Shown one piece after another: positions 9,270-18,620 of a stretch of 64,000 nucleotides of DNA. The notes beneath the pieces are model-generated. The model was not told the DNA's origin, ran no database searches, and worked only from the letters and a program-made list of their open reading frames with translations. The position numbers were made by a program, and so were the translations under genes. Positions within the stretch are counted from its first letter, which is position 1, and each line of letters starts with the position of its first letter. Location of the stretch: positions 124,001 to 188,000 of the IMG/VR virus record IMGVR_UViG_3300020471_000004; one strand, 5' to 3'.

Positions 9270-9432
9270 TGCGGTGACGCTTGATACTCCTGGGCGTTAA
9301 AGGGATGTTCGGTAGGTAAGGGTTTATTTCTTTCCCGATTAGCTTAACCGATCTACCAAGGGGAGCCACTTCTGTCGAATCGGTTTGTTCCTTTCCACTG
9401 TGGCGAAAATAAGGAACACCTAGAAGCGCATT
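9268..9432 (+). ncRNA. Putative multi-stem non-coding RNA
   Basis: Closing stem AATGCG/CGCATT; internal stems GGTAG/CTACC, CTTCT/AGAAG and TGTTCCTT/AAGGAACA; no ORF. Confidence 0.35.
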
Positions 9433-9448
9433 TAACCAAGTGTGTTTT

Positions 9449-9507
9449 TAGGTACACTAAATAGGTACAAAATAACTATATTCCCTGTATGGGTATTTTG
9501 CTATAAT
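9449..9507 (+). promoter_or_regulatory. Class-I promoter
   Basis: GGTACAAAA 9464-9472, 29 nt, TGC-TATAAT 9502-9507. Confidence 0.75.
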
Positions 9508-9537
9508 AAGCATATTGAACGAACTGAGGAAAAGCAC

Positions 9538-9867
9538 ATGTTGCATACCGGTAATACTTACACTTTAAAACACTTATTCAATCTAGACCTGACAGACGTA
9601 CCTAGTCTGTCGGTAATAGTTGAAGGTAACGAGTCTCCTATTCAACACAGCCATATGACTGTTTCGGATTTTTTAGATCAACCTGAATGGGCAGAGACTA
9701 AATGGGTTTTCTTATTCACTACGCATGAGGAGATTCCTTGTTTCGTAGCTTCGAATAGCCAAGAGGTTCTTAAATTGGTTACAGTTGAAGAACCTGTAGA
9801 CAGGTATCTTGATTACTGGATAGTGCCTAAATCGCACCCTAGAGAACAGTACGGTGTTTCAAAATGA
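9538..9867 (+). CDS. Hypothetical protein
   Basis: GAGGA RBS before ATG 9538 (the track start 9442 overlaps the promoter). Confidence 0.7.
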   Translation: MLHTGNTYTLKHLFNLDLTDVPSLSVIVEGNESPIQHSHMTVSDFLDQPEWAETKWVFLFTTHEEIPCFVASNSQEVLKLVTVEEPVDRYLDYWIVPKSHPREQYGVSK

Positions 9868-9956
9868 AACACCATAAGTTTTTAGCTGGAATATCTCTTA
9901 TAATAATAGCTGGTATCATTCTTTACTTAACCAGCGTTTACTACTATTACATTTAA
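9864..9956 (+). CDS. 30-aa single-TM peptide (not in ORF track)
   Basis: MKHHKFLAGISLIIIAGIILYLTSVYYYYI; ATGA overlap with the upstream stop. Confidence 0.5.
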   Translation: MKHHKFLAGISLIIIAGIILYLTSVYYYYI

Positions 9957-9966
9957 GGAAACACCG

Positions 9967-10305
9967 ATGACTGATATTAAAATCTCAAAATCTATTCTGG
10001 TTGAATTGACCGAAATTGCCGCTTTTCATGCCAAGTATCTGCACATGTCTAAAACAAACTTTGAAGGTCAAGGTATTGATTCAGACGTGGCTGAAATGCT
10101 TGTAAGAGACCAACGCACTGTAATTGATACAAGCGTAGGTGCTCTTATCCGCGTTCATGCTTATAGCCATGTTTTAGAAAACGTAACAGCAGGTGACTAC
10201 TCAGACCACCCTGCAAAGTATGACAACCAGGTTCATGCTATTGCTGCCGAACTACGCGCACAGTACAAAACATGTTTAGATAAACTACTTGAGGAGAGCA
10301 AATAA
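9967..10305 (+). CDS. Hypothetical protein
   Basis: 112 aa; AAGGA RBS; TAATG overlap with the next gene. Confidence 0.7.
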   Translation: MTDIKISKSILVELTEIAAFHAKYLHMSKTNFEGQGIDSDVAEMLVRDQRTVIDTSVGALIRVHAYSHVLENVTAGDYSDHPAKYDNQVHAIAAELRAQYKTCLDKLLEESK

Positions 10306-13118
10306 TGGGCAAGCAAACTAACTTTAGAAACGTTTTTACTGGCCCTAATGTATTTTTCTCGGCAACTTGCCTGACTGGAAATACCCAGCTGATGAAAGTA
10401 GTAGAAGCATTTAAGATAGATAAAGATGCCTCTCACTTCTTTACGGTCAGTGTTAGAGATTTTATTGATAACGAAGACGGAGGTTACTTCCGGTATTCTT
10501 TCTCTATATCTAAGGTACTTGTTCAATATATTCAACAGGTAACAGACTCTCCCTATAAAGATATTATGAAGGAGTTCCATACTTTATTTAAGCAATGGGC
10601 TGTATGTGTGAATTTAAGCTCTAGCTTAACAGATGCCGTAGCTATAGTGGTTGAAGATAAGACTATTTGTATCGATGTTATTGACCAGTCTCATGTAGAG
10701 CAGTACTTTCCTGAAAGCAGCACAGGGTACAAAGCGTATCTGAAAGGCAGACGGTTAGAATACAGCCGTCCAAACAATCCTATTGTTAGCGAGTTTATGG
10801 CAATGTATCTTGTAAGTACTGGTGCTACTACAAGGTACGATTTAGAGAAAACTCCTTACTATAACGGCGCTTCTTTACATGCTTTCTTTTGGTCAAGCAT
10901 ACAAGAAGATGCAATGTCTATTAGTGATATGGTCAAAACCCGCGCCCAGAGCATAATTGAAATGGCGGCACTTATAGTCAAGTACTCTGTAGATGCTGGT
11001 TTAAGTGAGCAAGACCATTACGAACAGGAAGTAGAAAACTTACTTCAAAAGTCCAAGCTGGTTATAGATGAACAAGGCACAACTGTAGCTGAACGTCTAT
11101 ATACCAAAGCGTTTGAGATGATAGACCTCAATGAAGTGGTGCCTGTTAAAGTGCTTTCTCAGTATCTGCCCCCTGAAAGTATTGCATTTTTTGCCGCTTG
11201 CTCCATGCAATGGGAACTGGAAGATGATTACGACTTTGAAGAAAGCGTAGACTTTTTAACTGAACAAGCAGTAACCTTTTCTAACCATCTTAGATTAGAA
11301 GACGCAACTAGGAAAAATGATATGGACAATATACCTACTACCAGTGATTTAGATAACGAACATCCTTTAGATCAGTCTGAAAAAGCTCTTGACCTAGACA
11401 CCGCTAAATCTGTACTGACTGAAAAATTAGGTTTCACAGACCGAGTGGTGTCTAAAATGACAGATGAAGAAGTTCTCCAAGCCGTTGAACGCAATACGCC
11501 TTATAAAGAAGTTGCAGAGAAAGACACGCAACCGAGCGAACCTTTTACGATGTATAAAAGAGAGATTATTGCCAAGAATCTTACGTTTTTTCAGCCTTCT
11601 AACATAGAGCTGTTTTCAGATTTGCGTATGAAGGCAACGGCATTGTGTGTTGCACCTAATGTAGTTTTAGCAGACAATATACCTAAACACTTGCAGTCAG
11701 GTGACCAAGGTGCGTATCAAGATTGTGTTTTTGAAACCTTCTTAAATCTAATAGAGCCTTTAGGTTTTGGCACTCTTTCAACTCGAAAAGAATTCACTAG
11801 CCTAAGTAGCCGTTTGAACACGTTGCGAAAGCCTGTTATTGCTAACGCTCAAAAGTCTTACAAGTTGCCTAAAAACGTTACAGATATAATCTGCCCTAGA
11901 GATAATCAAGACCTTACTTTTGAAAACTTGTTAGAGGCATTCGCTTGGGTATTTCCGACAAGACAGGGAAATAGCTTTGAAGGTTACACCCTTCTAGGCG
12001 AACAAGTGGTAAAGGTATTTTCAGATCCAAATAGCGCAGGCGGTCTTTCTTATGAAGATGCCTTTACTTTAGCTTTTATGTTAACAGGTTTCTACGCTGC
12101 GGTAGATTTCAAAATATATGGTAACGCACTTGTAACAGAGCAAGATTTTCAATGTGTACTTCGAAGTATAGCCTTTATGTCTTTGTATTTATACCATATT
12201 GCTTATGGTAACTCAGAGCTGAAACCTGAAAGGTTTGAATATAAACATATAAGGTGTGTAAAGGCGATATTGCTTTCCTCTGGATTGAAAGAGCAACTTC
12301 ATGTTACGTCTCGCTCATTCCGTACAAAAGAGTTTGAAGATCTAGAAGAAGGCTACTCTGAACATCTTAATAAATTTATTGATTTTAGTCCTTTGTACGC
12401 CGAGTTTGCAAACACTTTTAACCTTGCACAGGACTTCAATATAGAAGACTACATAAGGCAGTTTATCTCAAGCTTTGATTTGCTAAAATTCAAGTCTCTT
12501 GAATCCGAAGAAGCACCTAAAGGGAAAGGTAACCCTTTCCCTGCTTACTTGTCGGAGTATATATATACTGACCGAGATACAAAAAGTTTAGACAAGAAAC
12601 TTAAAATTACCGGAAAGAGATTCCCAAGAGCTATTTCTGATGAAGATAAAATATTTGCGCTAAACATGGTTCGCTATGCTGCAAAAAACCTTGTTATAAA
12701 TGACGTAAAAGAGTTCTTGCACGATCTAGAAGACTACGATGACGGTAAGCTAGGTCTTATGGGAATTGCATTCGGAGTATCAAAGAAAAACACTTCCGAA
12801 GAAGAGACATTTGAGAGACTCTGGCATCATTTTAAGTTACCTGCAGATGAAATAAGCCTAGAGCTAGAAGATGAAGAGGGTTGTTGCGGTGAAGATGGTT
12901 GTGAGTGTGATGAATACACCGAGACTAATGAATTCCAAGAGCCTGTTGTTGCGAAAACCGAGGAACCTGCTGTTATTAAAGGTGGACCTAAGGAAAAGGA
13001 ATCTGTTTCCTCAGAAGTAATACGTTTGTCTCTATGGAAAGAAAAGGTCCTTTCTCTGAAACAATTGGCTGTAATGAGTGACGACTCTGTTCGCACTATT
13101 TACGAAAATATGCTTTAA
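10305..13118 (+). CDS. Large acidic hypothetical protein carrying two short T/SxxxLxxMSDE helical modules
   Basis: 937-aa ORF; modules at T378 and S917. Confidence 0.85.
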   Translation: MGKQTNFRNVFTGPNVFFSATCLTGNTQLMKVVEAFKIDKDASHFFTVSVRDFIDNEDGGYFRYSFSISKVLVQYIQQVTDSPYKDIMKEFHTLFKQWAVCVNLSSSLTDAVAIVVEDKTICIDVIDQSHVEQYFPESSTGYKAYLKGRRLEYSRPNNPIVSEFMAMYLVSTGATTRYDLEKTPYYNGASLHAFFWSSIQEDAMSISDMVKTRAQSIIEMAALIVKYSVDAGLSEQDHYEQEVENLLQKSKLVIDEQGTTVAERLYTKAFEMIDLNEVVPVKVLSQYLPPESIAFFAACSMQWELEDDYDFEESVDFLTEQAVTFSNHLRLEDATRKNDMDNIPTTSDLDNEHPLDQSEKALDLDTAKSVLTEKLGFTDRVVSKMTDEEVLQAVERNTPYKEVAEKDTQPSEPFTMYKREIIAKNLTFFQPSNIELFSDLRMKATALCVAPNVVLADNIPKHLQSGDQGAYQDCVFETFLNLIEPLGFGTLSTRKEFTSLSSRLNTLRKPVIANAQKSYKLPKNVTDIICPRDNQDLTFENLLEAFAWVFPTRQGNSFEGYTLLGEQVVKVFSDPNSAGGLSYEDAFTLAFMLTGFYAAVDFKIYGNALVTEQDFQCVLRSIAFMSLYLYHIAYGNSELKPERFEYKHIRCVKAILLSSGLKEQLHVTSRSFRTKEFEDLEEGYSEHLNKFIDFSPLYAEFANTFNLAQDFNIEDYIRQFISSFDLLKFKSLESEEAPKGKGNPFPAYLSEYIYTDRDTKSLDKKLKITGKRFPRAISDEDKIFALNMVRYAAKNLVINDVKEFLHDLEDYDDGKLGLMGIAFGVSKKNTSEEETFERLWHHFKLPADEISLELEDEEGCCGEDGCECDEYTETNEFQEPVVAKTEEPAVIKGGPKEKESVSSEVIRLSLWKEKVLSLKQLAVMSDDSVRTIYENML

Positions 13119-13124
13119 AGTTTC

Positions 13125-13186
13125 GCCTGCTTCACCGTTTTAAAACCTCTCCCCTTGTCATCGGTGGTGTGAAGCAGGCTTTTTTA
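13125..13186 (+). terminator. Intrinsic terminator with large loop
   Basis: GCCTGCTTCAC (13125-13135)/GTGAAGCAGGC (13169-13179) followed by TTTTTT. Confidence 0.7.
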
Positions 13187-13188
13187 TT

Positions 13189-13200
13189 AAAAGTGTAAAC
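13189..13200 (+). promoter_or_regulatory. Class-II motif variant AAAAGTGTAAAC
   Basis: One mismatch to AAAACTGTAAAC; intergenic, just after a terminator. Confidence 0.4.
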
Positions 13201-13393
13201 ATGTATTAGCCGTATAAATAGGAAAGTACATGAGTGTTCACAAGCAAAAACCGCTTCTTAAACTTTTGAAAAGACGATACTAGTTATTCTGTATAGAGCA
13301 CGGAGTGTATGAAGTTGCCTTGTCTAGTTTGACTTGGTCTACTAACCGTGCTGAAAAGGTATTAAACTACTGTTGTTAAAGGGAAATTCGTAG

Positions 13394-14017
13394 ATGAAAA
13401 GTAAATTACCTTCACATATAATTAATGCGATAAATGCAGTTCACATTCGTATAGATACTTCTGAATTTGAAACAACTCTCCGAAGTCTAGGTACGTCCTT
13501 AAGCAACCTAACAAGTGTCGCGTATGGCTTAGACAGTTACGTAAATACAAAAGACTTGCAGTGGATTGCCAGCAGAGAACAATCTATACAACAAGGCATC
13601 GATACTTATGTAGAAGCTATTTCAAAGTTTGTGTCTTTGAAATCAAAAGTTCCTTATGATGATGTTTACCAAGAGCTTGAGAAACAAAAGCAATCTATTT
13701 TAGAAGGCAAACCTATATACGATACTGTACAGTACTTGCTGACTTTAAAGAATATTCCGTCTACGGGGCACTGTATTATTCCGCATGAAGCTTTCACCTA
13801 TCCTGTAAAAACTATTCATCGCCTTTGGGTAGCGTACCCTGAGTTTAAATACGGTGACGTACCAGAGCACCGTCGTAATGCTTTCTTGGAAGATAAAGGT
13901 CACGACTGGAATTTATCAAGCCGAGGAATCTCTTACTCCGGTATACTTCGCAATTATGGTGAAGATGGTAAAGGTAGTGGTAGGTTACTTATAGAGTATA
14001 AAGTAAAACGGGCATGA
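13394..14017 (+). CDS. Hypothetical protein
   Basis: 207-aa ORF; AAGGGA upstream. Confidence 0.7.
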   Translation: MKSKLPSHIINAINAVHIRIDTSEFETTLRSLGTSLSNLTSVAYGLDSYVNTKDLQWIASREQSIQQGIDTYVEAISKFVSLKSKVPYDDVYQELEKQKQSILEGKPIYDTVQYLLTLKNIPSTGHCIIPHEAFTYPVKTIHRLWVAYPEFKYGDVPEHRRNAFLEDKGHDWNLSSRGISYSGILRNYGEDGKGSGRLLIEYKVKRA

Positions 14018-14153
14018 AAGTGTTAAATATATTTTTTAATTGGTACCGTTCCCCTGTAAATCCAATGTGTTGGTATGATGTGCGAACGTTTCTTGGTAAG
14101 TGTTTTGTCTGGTTTGTTTTAGCTCTAATCAATTATTTAATCTAGGAGAAATT

Positions 14154-14669
14154 ATGTCACATAAAGTACATGGTGCTACGGAATTCAGAAACGAAAATGG
14201 TTTGTACAAAAAAGGATTGTGTCCTGATAACTGTGACCCTTCTTACTTTGAAAGCAGAACTCATAGGCAGTTGGCAAAGCTTGAACTCGAAAGCTGGTTT
14301 CAAAACGGCTGTAACGGTTTCTTTCTTATCAAAGAAGAAGGCTACCCTCACCAGTTGCCTAATAGCCCTAATCGTCTAGGTCTTGATTGGATTTTTGTAG
14401 AGATAGACTTCTCTAACATGCGCGAAATAATGAAGTTCATCGGTCTTGACCCGAAACGTCTAGAAGAAGAAATGAATTTCTTTATGGGAGGTGATACCTT
14501 TATATTCAAAGACACCTCAGGTAATGACATTGAACTTGGTCCTGAAACTGATTGGAAATCAAGCCAGTGTTTTGTAATGAAGAACGAACAAGGTTGCTAC
14601 ATGATGACCTTGCAAATGTTTAAAAATGTATTCGGAGATTATGATGGGACTAAGAAGACTACTGCGTGA
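14154..14669 (+). CDS. Hypothetical protein
   Basis: AGGAG RBS before ATG 14154. Confidence 0.7.
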   Translation: MSHKVHGATEFRNENGLYKKGLCPDNCDPSYFESRTHRQLAKLELESWFQNGCNGFFLIKEEGYPHQLPNSPNRLGLDWIFVEIDFSNMREIMKFIGLDPKRLEEEMNFFMGGDTFIFKDTSGNDIELGPETDWKSSQCFVMKNEQGCYMMTLQMFKNVFGDYDGTKKTTA

Positions 14670-14871
14670 AGAACGTGAGCTAGAAGAAGACGTTGACCAT
14701 TACAAGTATCGCATAGAGGAGTGCGATGATGATTCTCTAGAAACTTTAGAGAGTGCAAAAAGCACAGATGACCGCCTGTTAAAGGTTCGCCGTCAGATTG
14801 TTAATGTGATGGAAAGTAACCTAGAGCGTAGACAAAATTGGTTGCGTAAACACGGGAGAAAAAAGAAATGA
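14641..14871 (+). CDS. Small coiled-coil hypothetical protein
   Basis: GGAG before ATG 14641; ATGA overlap downstream. Confidence 0.55.
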   Translation: MMGLRRLLREERELEEDVDHYKYRIEECDDDSLETLESAKSTDDRLLKVRRQIVNVMESNLERRQNWLRKHGRKKK

Positions 14872-15104
14872 TTGTGTTCAAACTGCCTGTTATCTTGATA
14901 TGCATGTTGCTTGCTTTGGTTTCTACCGTATTCAAAGTTACTGTAATAACTTTCTTCTTCTGTTTGTTTATTTGGTTCGAAGGTTCACCTAGCCCTGGTA
15001 CTAACATTTACCAAGACGTATCTTTTGCCAAAGACTACAACAAGCTTAAAGGCGTTTTTAAATCAGTATATAGCTGGTTCTTAAATGAGGTAAAGTCTAT
15101 ATGA
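14868..15104 (+). CDS. Small membrane protein
   Basis: 78 aa; long hydrophobic N-terminal half. Confidence 0.6.
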   Translation: MIVFKLPVILICMLLALVSTVFKVTVITFFFCLFIWFEGSPSPGTNIYQDVSFAKDYNKLKGVFKSVYSWFLNEVKSI

Positions 15105-15322
15105 AGTTATTTTCTTATACTGGACAAGGCGTATCTAACGGCTGCTTTGTACTTGTTACAGCGCGAAGCGATTTAACTGCTGCTAAACTAGTACGCAAAA
15201 AACTAACAGATTTAGGTCTAGAGACTTCAAAATCTTTGTTAGACATTCGCCAAGCTTTAACGCCCGTAATGGAATCACTTGATTCACCAGCTGTTATCTA
15301 CTACGACAACGGAGACTACTAA
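15101..15322 (+). CDS. Small hypothetical protein
   Basis: 73 aa; GAGG RBS; ATGA overlap. Confidence 0.65.
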   Translation: MKLFSYTGQGVSNGCFVLVTARSDLTAAKLVRKKLTDLGLETSKSLLDIRQALTPVMESLDSPAVIYYDNGDY

Positions 15323-15323
15323 A

Positions 15324-15818
15324 ATGAAATTTGCACAAGGAAATGATTGGTTAAACGGCGGTAAAGGTTTTACCAAGGAAGATCTTGACCAACTAGTCAA
15401 ACAAAGCGAGACTAAAGAGTGCAGTATGGATGAGGTTCTGGCAGGTGGTGACGAAGCCGCATCCAAAGAGGTTATTGCCTCTCTTTTAAAACGTATCGAT
15501 GAGCTAGAGGCCCAGCTTGTATCGGGCCCTAAAAAGATTGAAAGTGCTGATTACCACTCTATTACTTGGACAATAGCTACAGACAAGAAAACTCCTCAGG
15601 CAGGGGAACAAGCTGTTAGTCTTTTGGTCACTGCGGTAGAGAATGCTTATGCCAAGTATTTCAAATCTACTATGTTCGGAAAGCTTTTAGCCAAAGGTCG
15701 ATACTGCGGGGCTGTTAATACTATCGAGCTATCTTCTCCTACAGTAGTAGACGGCGAGTTTAAAGGAATTTACGACAACTTAATCCTTTCTAATGTCAAG
15801 AACAGAGATATTTTGTGA
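15324..15818 (+). CDS. Hypothetical protein
   Basis: GGAG before ATG 15324. Confidence 0.7.
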   Translation: MKFAQGNDWLNGGKGFTKEDLDQLVKQSETKECSMDEVLAGGDEAASKEVIASLLKRIDELEAQLVSGPKKIESADYHSITWTIATDKKTPQAGEQAVSLLVTAVENAYAKYFKSTMFGKLLAKGRYCGAVNTIELSSPTVVDGEFKGIYDNLILSNVKNRDIL

Positions 15819-16327
15819 TTATAGCAGGCACTGGACATAGACCTAATAAACTAGGAGGCTATGACCAGCAAAACTTTCATAACCTAGTTAAGTTCGCAGG
15901 TGTTCGTCTTGTGCAACAAGAACCTGATTTAGTTGTTTCAGGTACAGCTTTAGGGTGGGATATGGCACTTTTGGTAGCGGCCCGTAAACTAGATTACCGA
16001 GTCCAGGCTGCTGTACCTTTTGAAGGGTTTGATAAAAACTGGCACTACGGTACTAGGCAGTTTTGGAATGCTTGGGTAGAGTCTTGTTCTGAGGTAGTGG
16101 TATTAAAAGATTTAGGGCAAGACTTCCAGTACTATGATGTAGTTAAAGCCCTTGACGAGCGTAATCGTTATATGGTTGATATGTCTGACAGCATGATGGC
16201 TTTATGGAACGGCACAAAAGGAGGTACTGCTAACTGCATACGTTATGCCCAGAATCGCAAAGTGGTTGTTGAAAACCATTGGTATTATTGGGAACGCTCT
16301 AGATTCAATAAGGACCGAATATGTTAG
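15815..16327 (+). CDS. SLOG-superfamily (YspA/DUF1273-like) protein
   Basis: AGTGHRP, VVSGTALGWD, AAVPFEG, RNRYMVD and WNGTKGGTANCIRYA motifs. Confidence 0.8.
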   Translation: MIIAGTGHRPNKLGGYDQQNFHNLVKFAGVRLVQQEPDLVVSGTALGWDMALLVAARKLDYRVQAAVPFEGFDKNWHYGTRQFWNAWVESCSEVVVLKDLGQDFQYYDVVKALDERNRYMVDMSDSMMALWNGTKGGTANCIRYAQNRKVVVENHWYYWERSRFNKDRIC

Positions 16328-16869
16328 TCCGTAAATTCAAATTCGGAACAGAAGACTTAGTGCCCCTATTCGGCGGCTATAAGAAAGTACCAGCCAGGTG
16401 TCTGTATAATTTTGTTTTTATAGAACACCCTGAACCGTTGGCTCGTAAAATAAAACAACGTCTTTATGTTATAGACACAGAGACTATTTCAGATCATGTT
16501 TATGTATATGCTACCAACATACCTACTATAGACCTCGATTGGAATACTCACCAAAGTTTGCCGACTATAGACTACGATACGTGCCTCGGTTACCCTAAAT
16601 GCTACGCATACGGAGAGCTTGCCCAGATACGTGATATCCAAATTAAGCCTGTTAGTTCTGTAAATACTTTTTGCTCTTGCTGTGGTCATCCTTTTAAAGA
16701 AGGCGACCGAGTTATGAAACTAGAGCTATTCAAATCAAGCGGTTTTAATTATATAAAGGGCTTGTACAAAGTAACCAAAACAAACATTACAATACACGCG
16801 TATCCTAGTCTGTGTAATGCAGGTGGTCAGTTTATTCTAGATACTATCCGAAAAAGATCTTCACATTGA
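16321..16869 (+). CDS. Hypothetical protein with CxxC/H motif
   Basis: 182 aa; FCSCCGHPF. Confidence 0.7.
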   Translation: MLVRKFKFGTEDLVPLFGGYKKVPARCLYNFVFIEHPEPLARKIKQRLYVIDTETISDHVYVYATNIPTIDLDWNTHQSLPTIDYDTCLGYPKCYAYGELAQIRDIQIKPVSSVNTFCSCCGHPFKEGDRVMKLELFKSSGFNYIKGLYKVTKTNITIHAYPSLCNAGGQFILDTIRKRSSH

Positions 16870-16878
16870 GGAATTACC

Positions 16879-17556
16879 ATGAACCATGACTTAGCAAAAA
16901 TACTTTTTAAATCTCATTACGACCAGCCTTGGAGAATCTTCCATTCTTGGCGTCACATAGAGCACGGACTAGAAGCACTACAAGAGTTTATTTATGCCAA
17001 AGAGCTTGATAAATCAGATAGCGAAATAAGAAAGATTGTTCGCCAACACCGTGACTTGCTTTACATTGCTTGGTATATGCATGACTTGGTTTATGTTCCT
17101 AAACACGAAGGTAATGAACAAGCAAGCGCAGACCTAGTTCCTTACTATGCACCTATGTTGATTCCTAATATTGATTTAGAAGGTATCCAAACAATCTCCC
17201 GTCTTATCCTGTGTACAAAAGATCACAAGGTAGTAGACAGGCTGTTCCCAGGTACCCCTGTGTCCAAAGAGCTTGAAGCTTTAAGCAAAGTAATGATTGA
17301 TATTGATCTGATAGGCTTTGCCAAATATCACCCTATGACTTCTTTGTGGGTAAGGGAAGAATTTGAATCGGTCTTGGTTCAAATAAAAGACGAAGACGGT
17401 CTAGATGACTTCGACCGAAAGTGGCGCCTAGGTCAATCTGATTTCTTAACAGGCCTTTTGCTGAAAGACAACCTTTATCAAACAGGTTATTTCCAGTCCA
17501 ATTATCAACAAGAGGCTTTGGCTAATATCCGTGCTGAGGTAGACAGTTACAAATAA
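16879..17556 (+). CDS. HD-superfamily metal-dependent phosphohydrolase
   Basis: YDQPWRIFHSWRH, WYMHDLVY, NEQASA, TKDH and DIDL motifs. Confidence 0.8.
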   Translation: MNHDLAKILFKSHYDQPWRIFHSWRHIEHGLEALQEFIYAKELDKSDSEIRKIVRQHRDLLYIAWYMHDLVYVPKHEGNEQASADLVPYYAPMLIPNIDLEGIQTISRLILCTKDHKVVDRLFPGTPVSKELEALSKVMIDIDLIGFAKYHPMTSLWVREEFESVLVQIKDEDGLDDFDRKWRLGQSDFLTGLLLKDNLYQTGYFQSNYQQEALANIRAEVDSYK

Positions 17557-17614
17557 CTTTATTAAGTCGGTACAAAACAGCCTTCTAGTTTACCGACTTC
17601 CTATATAGTATAAT
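17554..17614 (+). promoter_or_regulatory. Class-I promoter (31-nt spacer, no TGn)
   Basis: TAACTTTATTAAGTCGGTACAAAA 17554-17577; TATAAT 17609-17614. Confidence 0.65.
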
Positions 17615-17646
17615 GCACATGAAGTCAACAAGTTTATGGAGTATTT

Positions 17647-18156
17647 ATGCCACGTAAAGTAACTAAAACCATGCGCGAAGCCCGCAAACGCGCAGTACAG
17701 CAAAAGCGGGAACGCAGAGAGTACCAAGCTAGCCTAAACAAAGATTGGCATTGGTCATTAGGAGATTCAGATTCAGATACTCGTAGGGTGTTACATGCCG
17801 CAAAGAAACGCGGACCTAAACTAAGTTCTAGCATTCAAATGAAACCTACCAAAGGTAGACCTACGAAACTCGATTCTGTTTTTCTTGATACAGACTTTAG
17901 TGACCTAGAAAAATCTGTTCTAAAGTCTGAATCGAAAAACTTGAATGGTGCAACAACAGGTAAGTTTTCAACCAAAGCATTATCGCGTTCTAATATTCCG
18001 AAGACCATGAGTGAAGAAGAATACCAAAAGCGAGAAGAGGCAGCTCGTCAAGAAATTGAACGCAAGAAAACTTGTATTGCTCCTGCTTACAACAAAGGTG
18101 CCTACCAGTATATTGCAAGTGAGGAAATGGCAAAAGATGCAGGTAAAAAGAAATGA
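17647..18156 (+). CDS. Basic hypothetical protein
   Basis: 169 aa; GGAG RBS; K/R-rich N-terminus; C-terminal CIAPAYNKGAYQYI. Confidence 0.75.
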   Translation: MPRKVTKTMREARKRAVQQKRERREYQASLNKDWHWSLGDSDSDTRRVLHAAKKRGPKLSSSIQMKPTKGRPTKLDSVFLDTDFSDLEKSVLKSESKNLNGATTGKFSTKALSRSNIPKTMSEEEYQKREEAARQEIERKKTCIAPAYNKGAYQYIASEEMAKDAGKKK

Positions 18157-18611
18157 AGACATTCGTTAAAGGTCTTATTAAGTACAAGTACCCTATATGC
18201 CTATCAGTTGTACAAGTATCATTTTTGATATTCATTTATGAGCCTGTAGTAATTGCACTGAAAGAATATTTAGGTGAGCCTTTTTGGTTAGCCTATGTTA
18301 TAACTTTTATGGTCTACATTAACATACTAATACCGTCTTTCTATTGGATATACCGATGCGTTAGAGTTGAATTGTGGAAAAGCAAGAACAAAGTTAACTA
18401 CCACAGGTCTATGGAGAAATTGGCTTTTGATAAATGTCCTTGTTGCTTCGGTTCTCTAGAGGTAAACTTTTCTAATGTCGGTCACGTTACTCAAGCATGT
18501 AGGGGTTGCGGGTTCTGCAATCAAATGGTTGCCAGTATACCAACATTTTTGGACAATAAGCCTTCAGGCAATTACATAAAATGGTCTCAATACATACAAG
18601 AGGCTGAATAA
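18153..18611 (+). CDS. Two-TM membrane protein with C-terminal Zn ribbon
   Basis: Two hydrophobic helices followed by CPCC...CRGCGFC. Confidence 0.7.
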   Translation: MKTFVKGLIKYKYPICLSVVQVSFLIFIYEPVVIALKEYLGEPFWLAYVITFMVYINILIPSFYWIYRCVRVELWKSKNKVNYHRSMEKLAFDKCPCCFGSLEVNFSNVGHVTQACRGCGFCNQMVASIPTFLDNKPSGNYIKWSQYIQEAE

Positions 18612-18620
18612 GGAAATAAC

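Noticed and set aside
10305-13118. Phage nucleus shell (chimallin), tubulin or multisubunit RNAP subunit
   Set aside because: No tubulin GGGTGSG motif or RNAP DxDGD motif, and no recognisable similarity to chimallin by eye
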